DNA of 64,000 bases. Source: an uncultured Oscillospiraceae bacterium. GTDB lineage: Bacteria > Bacillota > Clostridia > Oscillospirales > Ruminococcaceae. Location of the stretch: positions 33,261 to 97,260 of the forward strand of contig CAKSLF010000005.1 of assembly GCA_934466455.1 (NCBI GenBank), given 5' to 3'. This document shows, piece by piece, positions 9,639-19,160 of this stretch. Both the position numbers and the translations under genes were made by a program. The notes beneath the pieces are model-generated. The model saw only the letters and a program-made list of their open reading frames with translations, searched no databases and had not been told where the DNA came from. The number at the start of each line of letters is the position of its first letter. Position 1 is the first letter of the stretch.

Positions 9639-10340
9639 ATGAAGGACCCGAAGGAATTTCTTGAAAAGGACAGGCTTTTGCACATTGATATGATAGACGC
9701 TCTGCTCGATAAAAAGACGGAGGTGCTCTATTCCGAGGAGGACGGAGTGCTTTTCCGCAGGGACGGCTGGCTTTATGAGCTTTCCGCCGAAACCCCGGAA
9801 GCAACGGAAAAAATCGCCGCACTTATGGAAAAAGGCAGGGACATCGTTGCTCATCAGTTTAAGTTTATTCCGAACATTTTTAATGTTACCGGGAAGATGG
9901 AAATGCTGCCCTGTATGCAGACCTCATATAACAAAGGTACTCCGGTAAAGCTTCCCGATACGGGAAAAATAACCTATCGCCGCCTTACAATGGAGGATCT
10001 CGACTTTGTATGCCGCACCTACCGCTACGGCGAAAACGATGTTAAGTATATAGGAAGCCGCATAAGTCACGGAATGATAGGCGCATTCGACGGAAAACGC
10101 TGCGTCGGCTTTATCGGCGAGCATAACGAAGGCTCCATGGGGCTTTTGGAGGTTATTCCGGAATATCGCAGAAAGGGAATTGCCACCGCTCTTGAGGGTA
10201 TGATGATAAACAAAAAGCTTAAAGAGGGCAGAATTCCGTACGACCATGTCGTCCTCGGAAACGACGCCTCCCTCGGCTTACAAAAAAGCCTCGGCATGGA
10301 TAAGGCGGAGGGCATTGTAACCTGGCTTTTTACAAAATAA
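9639..10340 (+). CDS. GNAT family N-acetyltransferase
   Basis: C-terminal acetyl-CoA binding region (GLLEVIPEYRRKGIATAL) typical of GNAT motif A. Confidence 0.6.
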   Translation: MKDPKEFLEKDRLLHIDMIDALLDKKTEVLYSEEDGVLFRRDGWLYELSAETPEATEKIAALMEKGRDIVAHQFKFIPNIFNVTGKMEMLPCMQTSYNKGTPVKLPDTGKITYRRLTMEDLDFVCRTYRYGENDVKYIGSRISHGMIGAFDGKRCVGFIGEHNEGSMGLLEVIPEYRRKGIATALEGMMINKKLKEGRIPYDHVVLGNDASLGLQKSLGMDKAEGIVTWLFTK

Positions 10341-10364
10341 CAAACGGCAAAAAAGGAAATATAA

Positions 10365-11234
10365 ATGGCAAAAGAAAAATTTATTGAGGCAAACAAAATA
10401 AGCTTCAGCTATCCGGCGTTTGACGGTTCGCTGCCTAATCTTGTGCTGGACGGGATCTCCGTTTCCGTAGACGATGGAGAATTTCTTGCAGTGCTCGGGC
10501 ATAACGGCTCCGGAAAATCAACATTGGCAAAGCACTTTAACGCAATACTTATTCCTACGGAAGGAAATGTTACCGTTGACGGCATAAATACCGCCGAGGA
10601 AAGCAGGCTCTACGAGATACGCCAGGAGGTCGGCATGGTTTTTCAAAACCCGGATAACCAGATAGTCGCAACTCTTGTTGAGGACGATGTGGCGTTCGCC
10701 TTGGAAAATCTCGGCGTTCCCCCGGAGGAAATCCGCCGCCGGGTGGATGAGGCTCTAAAAAAAGTCGGAATGTACGAATACCGCCTTCATGCGCCGGACC
10801 AGCTTTCCGGAGGGCAAAAGCAGCGTGTGGCGATAGCAGGGATAATCGCAATGCAGCCCCGCTGCGTCGTGCTCGATGAGCCTACCGCAATGCTCGACCC
10901 GAAGGGTAGGCGGGAGGTTATGAGCACAATAAAGCAGCTTAACAGAGAAATGGGAGTAACCGTGGTGCTCATAACCCACTATATGGACGAAGCGGCGCAG
11001 TGCGGTCGCATTGTTGTTGTGGATGACGGCAAAGCTCTTATGGACGGAACGCCTCGGGAGGTGTTCAAAAATGTGGAGCTGCTTAAAAAAAGAGGGCTTG
11101 ATGTGCCGCAGGTGACGGAGCTTTGCCATGAGCTGCGCAAGGCGGGCTGCAAGCTGCCGGATTGCGTGCTCACGGAGGAAGAATGCGTTGAGGCAATCGA
11201 AGAACTTTTGAAGGGCGGTGCTCAAAATGGCTGA
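10365..11234 (+). CDS. ecfA1: energy-coupling factor transporter ATPase EcfA1
   Basis: GHNGSGKST Walker A, LSGGQKQRVAIAG signature. It is the first of a tandem ATPase pair followed by ecfT. Confidence 0.9.
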   Translation: MAKEKFIEANKISFSYPAFDGSLPNLVLDGISVSVDDGEFLAVLGHNGSGKSTLAKHFNAILIPTEGNVTVDGINTAEESRLYEIRQEVGMVFQNPDNQIVATLVEDDVAFALENLGVPPEEIRRRVDEALKKVGMYEYRLHAPDQLSGGQKQRVAIAGIIAMQPRCVVLDEPTAMLDPKGRREVMSTIKQLNREMGVTVVLITHYMDEAAQCGRIVVVDDGKALMDGTPREVFKNVELLKKRGLDVPQVTELCHELRKAGCKLPDCVLTEEECVEAIEELLKGGAQNG

Positions 11235-12096
11235 CGCCGCAATAAAAACCGAAAATCTCTGCTATATTTATTCAAAGGATACCCCCTTTGAGCACCGAGC
11301 CCTCGATAACGCCTGCATCGAGATAGAAAAAGGCTCCTTCGTCGGTCTTATCGGTCATACCGGAAGCGGAAAATCCACACTGATACAGCATCTTAACGGA
11401 CTCTTGAAGCCGACCTCCGGAAAGGTTTTTGTAGACGGAGAGGATATTTGGGCAAATCCGAAGGATATCCGCCGCTTTCGCTTTAAGGTCGGGCTTGTGT
11501 TCCAATATCCCGAGCACCAGCTTTTTGAGGAAACGGTGCGCAGGGATATTGCATTCGGTCCGAAAAATATGGGGCTTTCCGATAAAGAAGTAAACGAGCG
11601 GGTGCTCGAAGCAGCCCGCCTTACCGGGCTTACCGAAGATTATCTTGAAAAATCGCCCTTTGAGCTTTCCGGCGGAGAAAAACGCAGAGTCGCAATAGCG
11701 GGCGTGCTCGCAATGCGACCGGAGGTGCTCATTCTTGATGAGCCTACCGCCGGGCTTGACCCAAAAGGCAGGGAATATATCCTTTCCGAGATAAAATCCT
11801 ACCATGAAAGATACGGCGCAACCATAATTCTTGTTTCTCACAGTATGGAGGATGTCGCTCGCTTTGCAAGTCATGTGCTCATAATGAACCACTCCGAAGT
11901 TGCCATGTACGGGGCAACAAAAGAGGTGTTTTCAAGGGTGGACGAGCTTGTGGAAATGGGTCTTGAGGTGCCGCAGATAAGCCGTGTTTTTGCAAAGCTT
12001 AAAGCAGACGGCTTTTCCGTGCCGGATTCCGTGCTCACGGTTGATGAGGCAAGAACCGCCGTGCTCGGGCTTCTCGGGAAAAAGGGGGTGCGCTGA
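11218..12096 (+). CDS. ecfA2: energy-coupling factor transporter ATPase EcfA2
   Basis: GHTGSGKST Walker A, LSGGEKRRVAIAG signature. Overlaps the ecfA1 stop. Confidence 0.9.
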   Translation: MLKMADAAIKTENLCYIYSKDTPFEHRALDNACIEIEKGSFVGLIGHTGSGKSTLIQHLNGLLKPTSGKVFVDGEDIWANPKDIRRFRFKVGLVFQYPEHQLFEETVRRDIAFGPKNMGLSDKEVNERVLEAARLTGLTEDYLEKSPFELSGGEKRRVAIAGVLAMRPEVLILDEPTAGLDPKGREYILSEIKSYHERYGATIILVSHSMEDVARFASHVLIMNHSEVAMYGATKEVFSRVDELVEMGLEVPQISRVFAKLKADGFSVPDSVLTVDEARTAVLGLLGKKGVR

Positions 12097-12914
12097 TGCT
12101 GAAGGACATTACATTCGGTCAGTACTACCCCGGCGACTCCGTAATTCATAAAATGGACCCAAGAATGAAGCTTATTCTTATTATTGTATATATAGTTATG
12201 CTTTTTTTGGCGGACGGAATAATTCCGCTTATGCTTGGGGTTTTTGTAACATTGTTTGCATACGCCCTTTCAAAGCTTTCGTTTAAGCTGGTTTGGCGTT
12301 GTGTAAAACCGATTTTGCCGATAGTGATATTCACGGCCCTGCTCAATATTTTCTTTGTTGAGGGCGAACCTGTTTTTGAGTGGAAGTTTATTTCAATTTC
12401 CGAAAGGGGTATTGTAACGGCTGTGCTTATGTGCGTGCGCATAATAAGCCTTATCGCCGGAACAAGCCTTCTTACCTATACCACGACGCCGATTGCACTT
12501 ACCGATGGGCTGGAGCGGCTGATGAAGCCTCTTACAAAAATAAAAGTTCCCGTTCACGAGCTTTCGATGATGATGACCATTGCACTGCGCTTTATCCCGA
12601 CCCTTATTGATGAAACCGGCAAGATAATCGCCGCACAAAAGGCAAGAGGAGCGGATATGGATTCCGGAAATGCGATACAAAAGGCAAAGGCACTTGTGCC
12701 GGTTTTGATTCCGCTTTTTGTTTCCGCCTTCCGCCGTGCGGACGAGCTTGCTCTTGCAATGGAGTGCCGCTGCTACCGGGGAGGCGAGGGCAGAACAAGA
12801 CTGAAGCAGCTTTCCATCTCCGCAAGGGACTGGGCTGCAGCCGTATTCATGGCGGCTGCGCTTGCGGGAGTCATTCTGCTGAATAAATTCGGACCGGCGG
12901 TGATGGTGCTTTGA
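12096..12914 (+). CDS. ecfT: energy-coupling factor transporter transmembrane component EcfT
   Basis: 272 aa polytopic membrane protein immediately after ecfA1A2. Start overlaps the ecfA2 stop. Confidence 0.85.
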   Translation: MLKDITFGQYYPGDSVIHKMDPRMKLILIIVYIVMLFLADGIIPLMLGVFVTLFAYALSKLSFKLVWRCVKPILPIVIFTALLNIFFVEGEPVFEWKFISISERGIVTAVLMCVRIISLIAGTSLLTYTTTPIALTDGLERLMKPLTKIKVPVHELSMMMTIALRFIPTLIDETGKIIAAQKARGADMDSGNAIQKAKALVPVLIPLFVSAFRRADELALAMECRCYRGGEGRTRLKQLSISARDWAAAVFMAAALAGVILLNKFGPAVMVL

Positions 12915-13660
12915 GAAACATTCTTCTTACCCTTGCATATAAAGGCACCGCATACCACGGTTTTCAGGTGCAGAAAAACGCTTCCACGGTTTGCGAAACG
13001 CTGCAAAACGCAATGGAGGTGCTCCTTAAAGAACGCCCGGATGTTAAAGGCTGCTCGAGGACGGATTCCGGCGTTCACGCAAATATGTTCTGCGTAAATT
13101 TCCATACGGAAAATCCTATGGATTGCGCCCATATGCGCCGGAGCCTTGACGCCCTTTTGCCGGATGACATTGCGGTAAAGGATTGCGCAGAGGTGCCGGA
13201 GGATTTTCATGCAAGGTACTCCTGCAAAGGAAAACGCTATGTTTATAAAATATGGAATGCGCCGTACATGAGTCCGTTCTATAACGGGCTTGCGCTGCAT
13301 TATCCAAGGGAGCTTGATGCGGATTTTCTGGACGCCGTTTGCACGGATTTTATCGGAAAGCACGATTTTTCCGCCTTTGCGGGTGCTCAGAATACGCAGG
13401 AGGATTGTACAAGGGAGATTTTTTATTGCTCCGTGGAGAGAGAGGGCGAGCTGGTCACCTTTTCCGTAACCGGCGACGGCTTTCTCTATAATATGGTAAG
13501 GATAATGGTGGGCACGCTTCTTGAAATAAACGAGGATAAGCTTGCGCCCGACGCCATACCGGAAATAATCGAATCGAGGGACAGAAAGCTTGCCGGGCGA
13601 ACCTCCCCGCCGGAGGGATTGTACCTTGATTATGTAATTTATGATGAAGAAGATGAGTAA
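12911..13660 (+). CDS. truA: tRNA pseudouridine(38-40) synthase TruA
   Basis: YKGTAYHGFQ ... RTDSGVHA catalytic-Asp motif. Conserved ecfAAT-truA gene order. Confidence 0.9.
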   Translation: MRNILLTLAYKGTAYHGFQVQKNASTVCETLQNAMEVLLKERPDVKGCSRTDSGVHANMFCVNFHTENPMDCAHMRRSLDALLPDDIAVKDCAEVPEDFHARYSCKGKRYVYKIWNAPYMSPFYNGLALHYPRELDADFLDAVCTDFIGKHDFSAFAGAQNTQEDCTREIFYCSVEREGELVTFSVTGDGFLYNMVRIMVGTLLEINEDKLAPDAIPEIIESRDRKLAGRTSPPEGLYLDYVIYDEEDE

Positions 13661-14612
13661 AATGCCGGAAGATTTTTTGACAAACGCCCTTGCAGCCCGC
13701 CCTACGGCGGTTGCTCTCGGGATTTTTGACGGAGTGCATATCGGGCACCGTGCCGTGCTGAAGGAAGCCGCAAACAGCGGCGACCTTGAGCCGTGGGTGT
13801 TTACTTTTTCAGAAGAAAGCATTTCCAAAGCCAAGAGGGGTGCGGTTCGGTTGGAACCGCCCTGCGTAAAATTCAATATTATGAAAAGCTGCGGTATAGC
13901 CCATGTATATGCTCCGGACTTTGATGAGGTAAAAGGGCTTTCCGGCGAGGAATTTGTGCGCAAAGTTCTTGTTGAGCATCTTAAATGCAGAAAAGTTGTT
14001 TGCGGAACGGACTTTCGGTTCGGAGAGCGTGCCGCCTGCGGCGCAGAGGATATGAAACGCCTTTGCGCAGAGTTCGGAATGGAATGCGCCGTAATCGAAA
14101 AGCTGTACGACGGCGGCGAGGCAATAAGCTCAACAAGGATAAGAGAAGCTGCGGCAAAAGGCGATATGCAGACCGTCGAACGGCTTTGCGGCTACCCGTT
14201 CTGCATAGAAAATACCGTTGTGGCGGGGGAACATCTCGGCAGAGAGTACGGTCTGCCCACCATAAATCAGGGCTTTGGCGGGGGCTATGTCATCCCGAAG
14301 TACGGCGTTTACGTTTCCGCCGCCTATGTGGACGGCAAATTCTATCCCGCCGTCACCAATGTGGGGGTAAAGCCCACGGTTTCCGAGGAGAACGCCCCCG
14401 GTGCGGAAACGAACCTTATCGGCTTCGCCGGAAATCTCTACGGAAAAAAAGTTTTTGTGTTCCTGCTTTCCTTTGTCCGCCCGGAAATGAAATTTGAAAG
14501 CCGCGAGGCTCTTTTCGCCCGCATAGCCTTCGACCGCGACAACGCAAAATCCGCCGCCGAAAGCTGGATTAGCTCCTCCGGTGCCAAAACCGCGGAGCTG
14601 ATGGGAATTTGA
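13641..14612 (+). CDS. ribF: bifunctional riboflavin kinase / FMN adenylyltransferase
   Basis: GIFDGVHIGH nucleotidyltransferase motif at the N-terminus and a riboflavin kinase C-terminal domain. Confidence 0.9.
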   Translation: MMKKMSKMPEDFLTNALAARPTAVALGIFDGVHIGHRAVLKEAANSGDLEPWVFTFSEESISKAKRGAVRLEPPCVKFNIMKSCGIAHVYAPDFDEVKGLSGEEFVRKVLVEHLKCRKVVCGTDFRFGERAACGAEDMKRLCAEFGMECAVIEKLYDGGEAISSTRIREAAAKGDMQTVERLCGYPFCIENTVVAGEHLGREYGLPTINQGFGGGYVIPKYGVYVSAAYVDGKFYPAVTNVGVKPTVSEENAPGAETNLIGFAGNLYGKKVFVFLLSFVRPEMKFESREALFARIAFDRDNAKSAAESWISSSGAKTAELMGI

Positions 14613-14808
14613 GCACGGCTTGAGCATGACGAAAATATTTTGAGCACAGCTTGAGCACCGAGGAAAGCGGAGCGCATATCTCGGCTTCCATGTGTAAGGG
14701 GGGCCAAGTTCCCTCACCGCAGCCGCAGTGCGTACAGCAACGCCGAGAACGCTCACCGAAAGTTCGCCTAAAGGCTTGCTTATATTCAAATGAAAGGAAT
14801 GATATTCA

Positions 14809-15573
14809 ATGAAAAAAGTCATCGCACCGATTTTGGCGGTAATTCTCATAATGGGGCTTGCGGCCTGCTCCATCGTCGATAATATCGTCGGCGAGGTACT
14901 CGGCGGTCTGAACAGCTCTCAGTCCTCCTCCGATATGGGCGGAAATATGCCCGGCGGAAACGGCTATATGCCCGGAGGCAATACCCAAGGCGAAAGCAGC
15001 GGTATGTCCGGGGGCATAGACCTTGCCGCAGTCACCGAGGAGGATGTCAAACCCATTGTGGATGTCTTTGCCGGAGTGGTGGCGGAGGATTTCGGCATTG
15101 ACGTAGACTTTGAAAACGGCAAATCCGCAATCATAAACCCCAAGGACGGGAGCAAAAAGATTCTCGATTTGTCTCCCTATTACAGAGAGGACGGCTCCAG
15201 AGATCTTTCCTCCTTCCCCGGCTACGAGCCTGACCCTGCGGAAGCCGCATACTTCGAGGTTCTGAGCTATAAATCCCTGAGCGAGCTTTGCGCCTACCTT
15301 GACGAATATATGCTTCCGGAAATTTACGAAAGCTATGTTGCGGATAATTTCAGCGAGGTTGACGGCGTGCTCTATCTTGTACGCGGCGGCAGAGGCTACG
15401 GCACCGTTACCTGCGGGAACATCACCTCCGTAACCCCCGGCTCCGATTCCCTTGAGGTTATTGCGGAAAGACAGCTCTTCGAGGAGCCGGACGGTCTTTA
15501 TATACTTACTCTTAAAGAGATCGGCGGCAGACTTAAAATAGTTTCCGCACTTGAGGAGGAGGCAAAGGGCTGA
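14809..15573 (+). CDS. lipoprotein of unknown function (Gly/Ser-rich linker after the lipobox)
   Basis: MKKVIAPILAVILIMGLAACS lipobox, low-complexity GGNMPGGNGYMPGG region, no known motifs. Confidence 0.6.
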   Translation: MKKVIAPILAVILIMGLAACSIVDNIVGEVLGGLNSSQSSSDMGGNMPGGNGYMPGGNTQGESSGMSGGIDLAAVTEEDVKPIVDVFAGVVAEDFGIDVDFENGKSAIINPKDGSKKILDLSPYYREDGSRDLSSFPGYEPDPAEAAYFEVLSYKSLSELCAYLDEYMLPEIYESYVADNFSEVDGVLYLVRGGRGYGTVTCGNITSVTPGSDSLEVIAERQLFEEPDGLYILTLKEIGGRLKIVSALEEEAKG

Positions 15574-15601
15574 AATACCTAAAAAATCTGTAAAAAAGGG
15601 C

Positions 15602-15631
15602 TTTACAAAGCAACCTGCTTTGTGCTATAAT
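15602..15631 (+). promoter_or_regulatory. sigma-A type promoter TTTACA-N18-TATAAT for rpsO, leaving a ~160-nt 5' leader
   Basis: The hexamers were read directly. The long leader before rpsO is consistent with S15 autoregulatory leaders. Confidence 0.5.
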
Positions 15632-15796
15632 TCAAAGGCTGGGCTTATGCCCCGATATTATAACTTTTTCTCGGAAAAAGGTAAGTCCGCTAAGCGGTAA
15701 TAGAATTGCCGCCGCCTGCGGTTTGCATCTCATCTGTTTTGTAAACGCCTTTTTCTGTGAAAAAGCCAAATTAAGAAAAAACGAGGTGTATTTATT

Positions 15797-16063
15797 ATGA
15801 TGCGCAAAGAAGAAAAAACTGCGGTTATCGAAGCTAACCGTATCCACGAAACCGATACCGGCTCTCCCGAGGTTCAGATTGCCGTTCTTACCAAGAGAAT
15901 AGCAGACCTTACCGAGCACCTTAAAGAGCACAAAAAAGATAACCACAGCCGCCGCGGCTTGTTCAAAATGGTCGGTCGCCGCCGCAACCTTCTTAACTAC
16001 CTTAAGAAGAACGACATCGAGCGTTATCGTGCCATTGTTGAAAAACTCGGTATCCGCAAATAA
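15797..16063 (+). CDS. rpsO: 30S ribosomal protein S15
   Basis: 88 aa. [15 protein letters not shown] ... HSRRGL ... conserved S15 sequence. Confidence 0.95.
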   Translation: MMRKEEKTAVIEANRIHETDTGSPEVQIAVLTKRIADLTEHLKEHKKDNHSRRGLFKMVGRRRNLLNYLKKNDIERYRAIVEKLGIRK

Positions 16064-16071
16064 TTCTGTCA

Positions 16072-16110
16072 AAAAAAGTCAGGCGGAGCAACGCTTCGCC
16101 TGACTTTCTT
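16072..16110 (+). terminator. rho-independent terminator GTCAGGCGGAGCAACGCTTCGCCTGAC followed by a T-run
   Basis: Perfect 10-bp stem and U-tract after rpsO. Confidence 0.7.
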
Positions 16111-16279
16111 GAAATAAGCGGTAAAAAATCAGTCAATAATAAAAAGTGCAAAGCAAAACGGAAGACGCCGGAAATAAGCAGTTAATCGAGGAAGCAAGAA
16201 AATTGCTTTTTGGATTTATTGTTTATTCCCGCCTCCGCTTTCGTTTTGCTGTGCGCAAAAAAGAAACGGAGGAATTTTT

Positions 16280-18394
16280 TTGTTCGAAAATTACAGAGTG
16301 TTTGAAACCGAACTCGCCGGAAGAAAAATAACCTTTGAAACCGGCAAAATGTGCGCTCTTGCAAATGCTTCCGTATTGGTAAGATACGGCGACACCGCAG
16401 TGCTTTGCAACGCCACCGCAAGCAAAACCCCAAGAGAGGGAATCGACTATTTCCCGCTTTCCGTCGATTTTGACGAAAAGCTCTATTCCGTCGGCAAAAT
16501 TCCCGGTTCTTTCCCAAGAAGAGAAGGTCGCCCCACCGACCGTGCCATTCTTGACAGCCGTGTTGTTGACCGCCCGATGCGTCCCCTTTTCCCAAAAGAT
16601 ATGAGAAACGACTGCTCCGTCGTTATGTCCGCACTTTCCGTAGATCCGGATTATCCCTATGTAATCTGCGGTATGATAGGTGCTTCTATGGCTGTTGCAA
16701 TATCCGATATTCCGTGGAACGGACCTATTGCAGGTTGCCAGGTTGCTCTTGTTGACGGCGAAATTATTCTTAACCCAACGGCAGAGCAGGAAGCAAAATC
16801 CGATTTGCACCTTATCGTAAGCTCCACCGATAAAAAGGTAGTTATGATAGAAGCCGGCGCAAACGAGGTTGATAACGAAACCATGCTCAAGGCGATTATG
16901 ACCGCCCATGAGGAAAATGTTAAGATGGTAAACTTTATCAACTCCGTCGTTGCCGAAATCGGAAAGCCGAAGTTCGATTATCAGGTAATCGAGGTTCCGC
17001 AGGAGCTTTTCGACGCAATTAAAGACTTTGCTATCGAGGATGTAAAGAAAGCTCTCGATACCGATGACAAAAATGTCCGCGACGCAGCTCTTCAGCCCAT
17101 TATTGCGGCGATCCACGAGAAATTTGATGAAATTTATCCCGATGACATCGTAAAAATCGACGAGGCTATCTATAAGCTTCAAAAATATGTTGTCCGCCGC
17201 TGGCTTATTGATGAGGGCAAGCGTGTTGACGGAAGAGGACTTAATGAGATCAGACCGCTTGCAGCGGAAGTCGGACTTCTTCCGAGAGCGCACGGTTCCG
17301 GTATGTTCACAAGAGGACAGACCCAGGTGCTCACCGTTGCAACTCTCGGCATTATGTCCGAGGCGCAGGAGCTTGACGGTATTGACGGCGTGACCAGCAA
17401 ACGCTATATGCACCAGTACAATATGCCGTCTTACTCCGTTGGCGAAACCAGACCCTCCAGAGGTCCCGGAAGAAGAGAAATCGGTCACGGCGCACTTGCG
17501 GAAAGAGCACTGGAGCCGGTTATCCCCTCCGTTGAAGAATTCCCTTATGCAATCCGCCTTGTTTCCGAGGTCCTTTCCTCCAACGGCTCAACAAGCCAGG
17601 GCGCAATCTGCGGTTCCACCCTTGCTCTTATGGATGCGGGCGTTCCGATTAAAAAGCCCGTTGCCGGTATCTCCTGCGGCCTTATCACCGAGGGCGAACG
17701 CTGGATGACTATGGTAGATATTCAGGGACTCGAGGATTTCTTCGGCGATATGGACTTTAAGGTCGCCGGAACAAAAGACGGCATTACCGCAATCCAGATG
17801 GACCTTAAATGCGACGGTCTTACCCCCGAAATCATTAAAGAGGCTCTTGATAAAACCGAAAAAGCAAGACTCTATATCCTCAACGATATTATGGCTCCCG
17901 CCATTGCGGAGCCGAGAGCGGAGCTTTCCAAATATGCTCCAAAGATGATGAGCATGGTCATTGATACCGAGAAGATCCGTGATGTTATCGGCTCCGGCGG
18001 CAAGACCATTCAGAAAATCTGCGCAGAGTGCGATGTTAAGATTGATGTTGAAGAGGACGGTCATGTATTCGTTTCCGGTATGGATTCCGATAATGTTCGC
18101 CGTGCAATCCAGATAATCAAGACCATTACCATGGATCCCGAGGTCGGTGCAATCTATACCGGCAAAGTGACCCGCCTTATGCAGTTCGGCGCATTTGTGG
18201 AAATTGCCCCCGGCAAGGAAGGACTCTGCCATATCTCAAAGCTTGACACAAAGCGTGTTGATAAGGTTGAAGATGTTGTAAGACCCGGCGACGAAATCGT
18301 CGTTAAGGTAGTCGAAATCGACCAGCAGGGAAGAATCAACCTTTCCCGCAAGGACGCTCTTGCCGATATTGAAGCGCACCAGAAGAAAAAATAA
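16280..18394 (+). CDS. pnp: polyribonucleotide nucleotidyltransferase (PNPase)
   Basis: 704 aa with two RNase PH domains plus KH and S1. TTG start with AACGGAGGA RBS. Conserved rpsO-pnp linkage. Confidence 0.95.
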   Translation: MFENYRVFETELAGRKITFETGKMCALANASVLVRYGDTAVLCNATASKTPREGIDYFPLSVDFDEKLYSVGKIPGSFPRREGRPTDRAILDSRVVDRPMRPLFPKDMRNDCSVVMSALSVDPDYPYVICGMIGASMAVAISDIPWNGPIAGCQVALVDGEIILNPTAEQEAKSDLHLIVSSTDKKVVMIEAGANEVDNETMLKAIMTAHEENVKMVNFINSVVAEIGKPKFDYQVIEVPQELFDAIKDFAIEDVKKALDTDDKNVRDAALQPIIAAIHEKFDEIYPDDIVKIDEAIYKLQKYVVRRWLIDEGKRVDGRGLNEIRPLAAEVGLLPRAHGSGMFTRGQTQVLTVATLGIMSEAQELDGIDGVTSKRYMHQYNMPSYSVGETRPSRGPGRREIGHGALAERALEPVIPSVEEFPYAIRLVSEVLSSNGSTSQGAICGSTLALMDAGVPIKKPVAGISCGLITEGERWMTMVDIQGLEDFFGDMDFKVAGTKDGITAIQMDLKCDGLTPEIIKEALDKTEKARLYILNDIMAPAIAEPRAELSKYAPKMMSMVIDTEKIRDVIGSGGKTIQKICAECDVKIDVEEDGHVFVSGMDSDNVRRAIQIIKTITMDPEVGAIYTGKVTRLMQFGAFVEIAPGKEGLCHISKLDTKRVDKVEDVVRPGDEIVVKVVEIDQQGRINLSRKDALADIEAHQKKK

Positions 18395-18399
18395 TTGCC

Positions 18400-18438
18400 C
18401 TAAAAAAAGCCGCCCTTTATCCAAGGACGGCTTTTTGA
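18400..18438 (+). terminator. terminator hairpin after pnp
   Basis: AAAGCCGCCCTTTATCCAAGGACGGCTTTTT, an imperfect GC stem plus T-run. Confidence 0.5.
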
Positions 18439-18632
18439 TATATAATTACCCGCTTTTTTGAAATTTTGCAGAAAAAACGCATTTTTAATCTGTATATATT
18501 AAATAAAGGGCTTGAAATTCGGAAATATATATGATAAAATATGTTATAGCAGAATATTAGAGTAAGGTGAAAGAGTGGGAACAGAAAGCCCGCTCTTTTC
18601 TGTTGATTAAGCAATTTTGGGAGGTGCTGTTT

Positions 18633-19142
18633 TTGGCAGAGGGAAAAAAGAAAAACACGGCGCAGCTTTGTGCAGAGCTTGCGATGCCGGTGGCAAAAAG
18701 CCTTGGCGTAGAGCTTTGGGATGTTCGCTTTGAAAAAGAGGGTACGGAATGGTATCTGCGCTTTTTTATTGATAAAGACGGGCTGACCATTGAGGACTGC
18801 GAAAATTTCAGCCGTGCAATGGATCCCATTCTTGATGAAGCAGACCCCATAGAAAAACGCTATGTTATGGAGGTTTCCTCCCCGGGAATAGAGCGTAAGC
18901 TTATTACCGAGGAGCAAATTCGCCGCTATCTCGGCTATCTTGCAACGGTAAAATTTATCCGTGCCCCCGAAGGGTATAATCAAAGGGAATTTTTGCTCCA
19001 GCTTAATGCGATTGAAAACGGAATAATAACCGCAGAGCAGGAGGACGGCACTATTATGACCTTCCCAAAAAGCGATACGGCTTATATCAAGCTCTATTAT
19101 GACTTTGACAACGATACGATGGCGGACAATTCCGCTGAATAA
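18633..19142 (+). CDS. rimP: ribosome maturation factor RimP
   Basis: Conserved EVSSPGIERKL motif. TTG start 7 nt after GGGAGGTG. It is the first gene of the nusA-infB operon. Confidence 0.85.
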   Translation: MAEGKKKNTAQLCAELAMPVAKSLGVELWDVRFEKEGTEWYLRFFIDKDGLTIEDCENFSRAMDPILDEADPIEKRYVMEVSSPGIERKLITEEQIRRYLGYLATVKFIRAPEGYNQREFLLQLNAIENGIITAEQEDGTIMTFPKSDTAYIKLYYDFDNDTMADNSAE

Positions 19143-19160
19143 CAGGAGGAATCTTAAAAA

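Noticed and set aside
12773-13963. 396-aa minus-strand ORF
   Set aside because: Antisense to truA/ribF, which both carry diagnostic motifs.
14613-14808. Possible tRNA or riboswitch in the ribF to lipoprotein spacer
   Set aside because: No cloverleaf-compatible segments or T-loop (GTTCGAATC-like) sequence were found, and no match to common riboswitch cores that I can recognise by eye. The region is better explained by GAGCAC-family repeats.
16223-17488. 421-aa minus-strand ORF
   Set aside because: Antisense to pnp.
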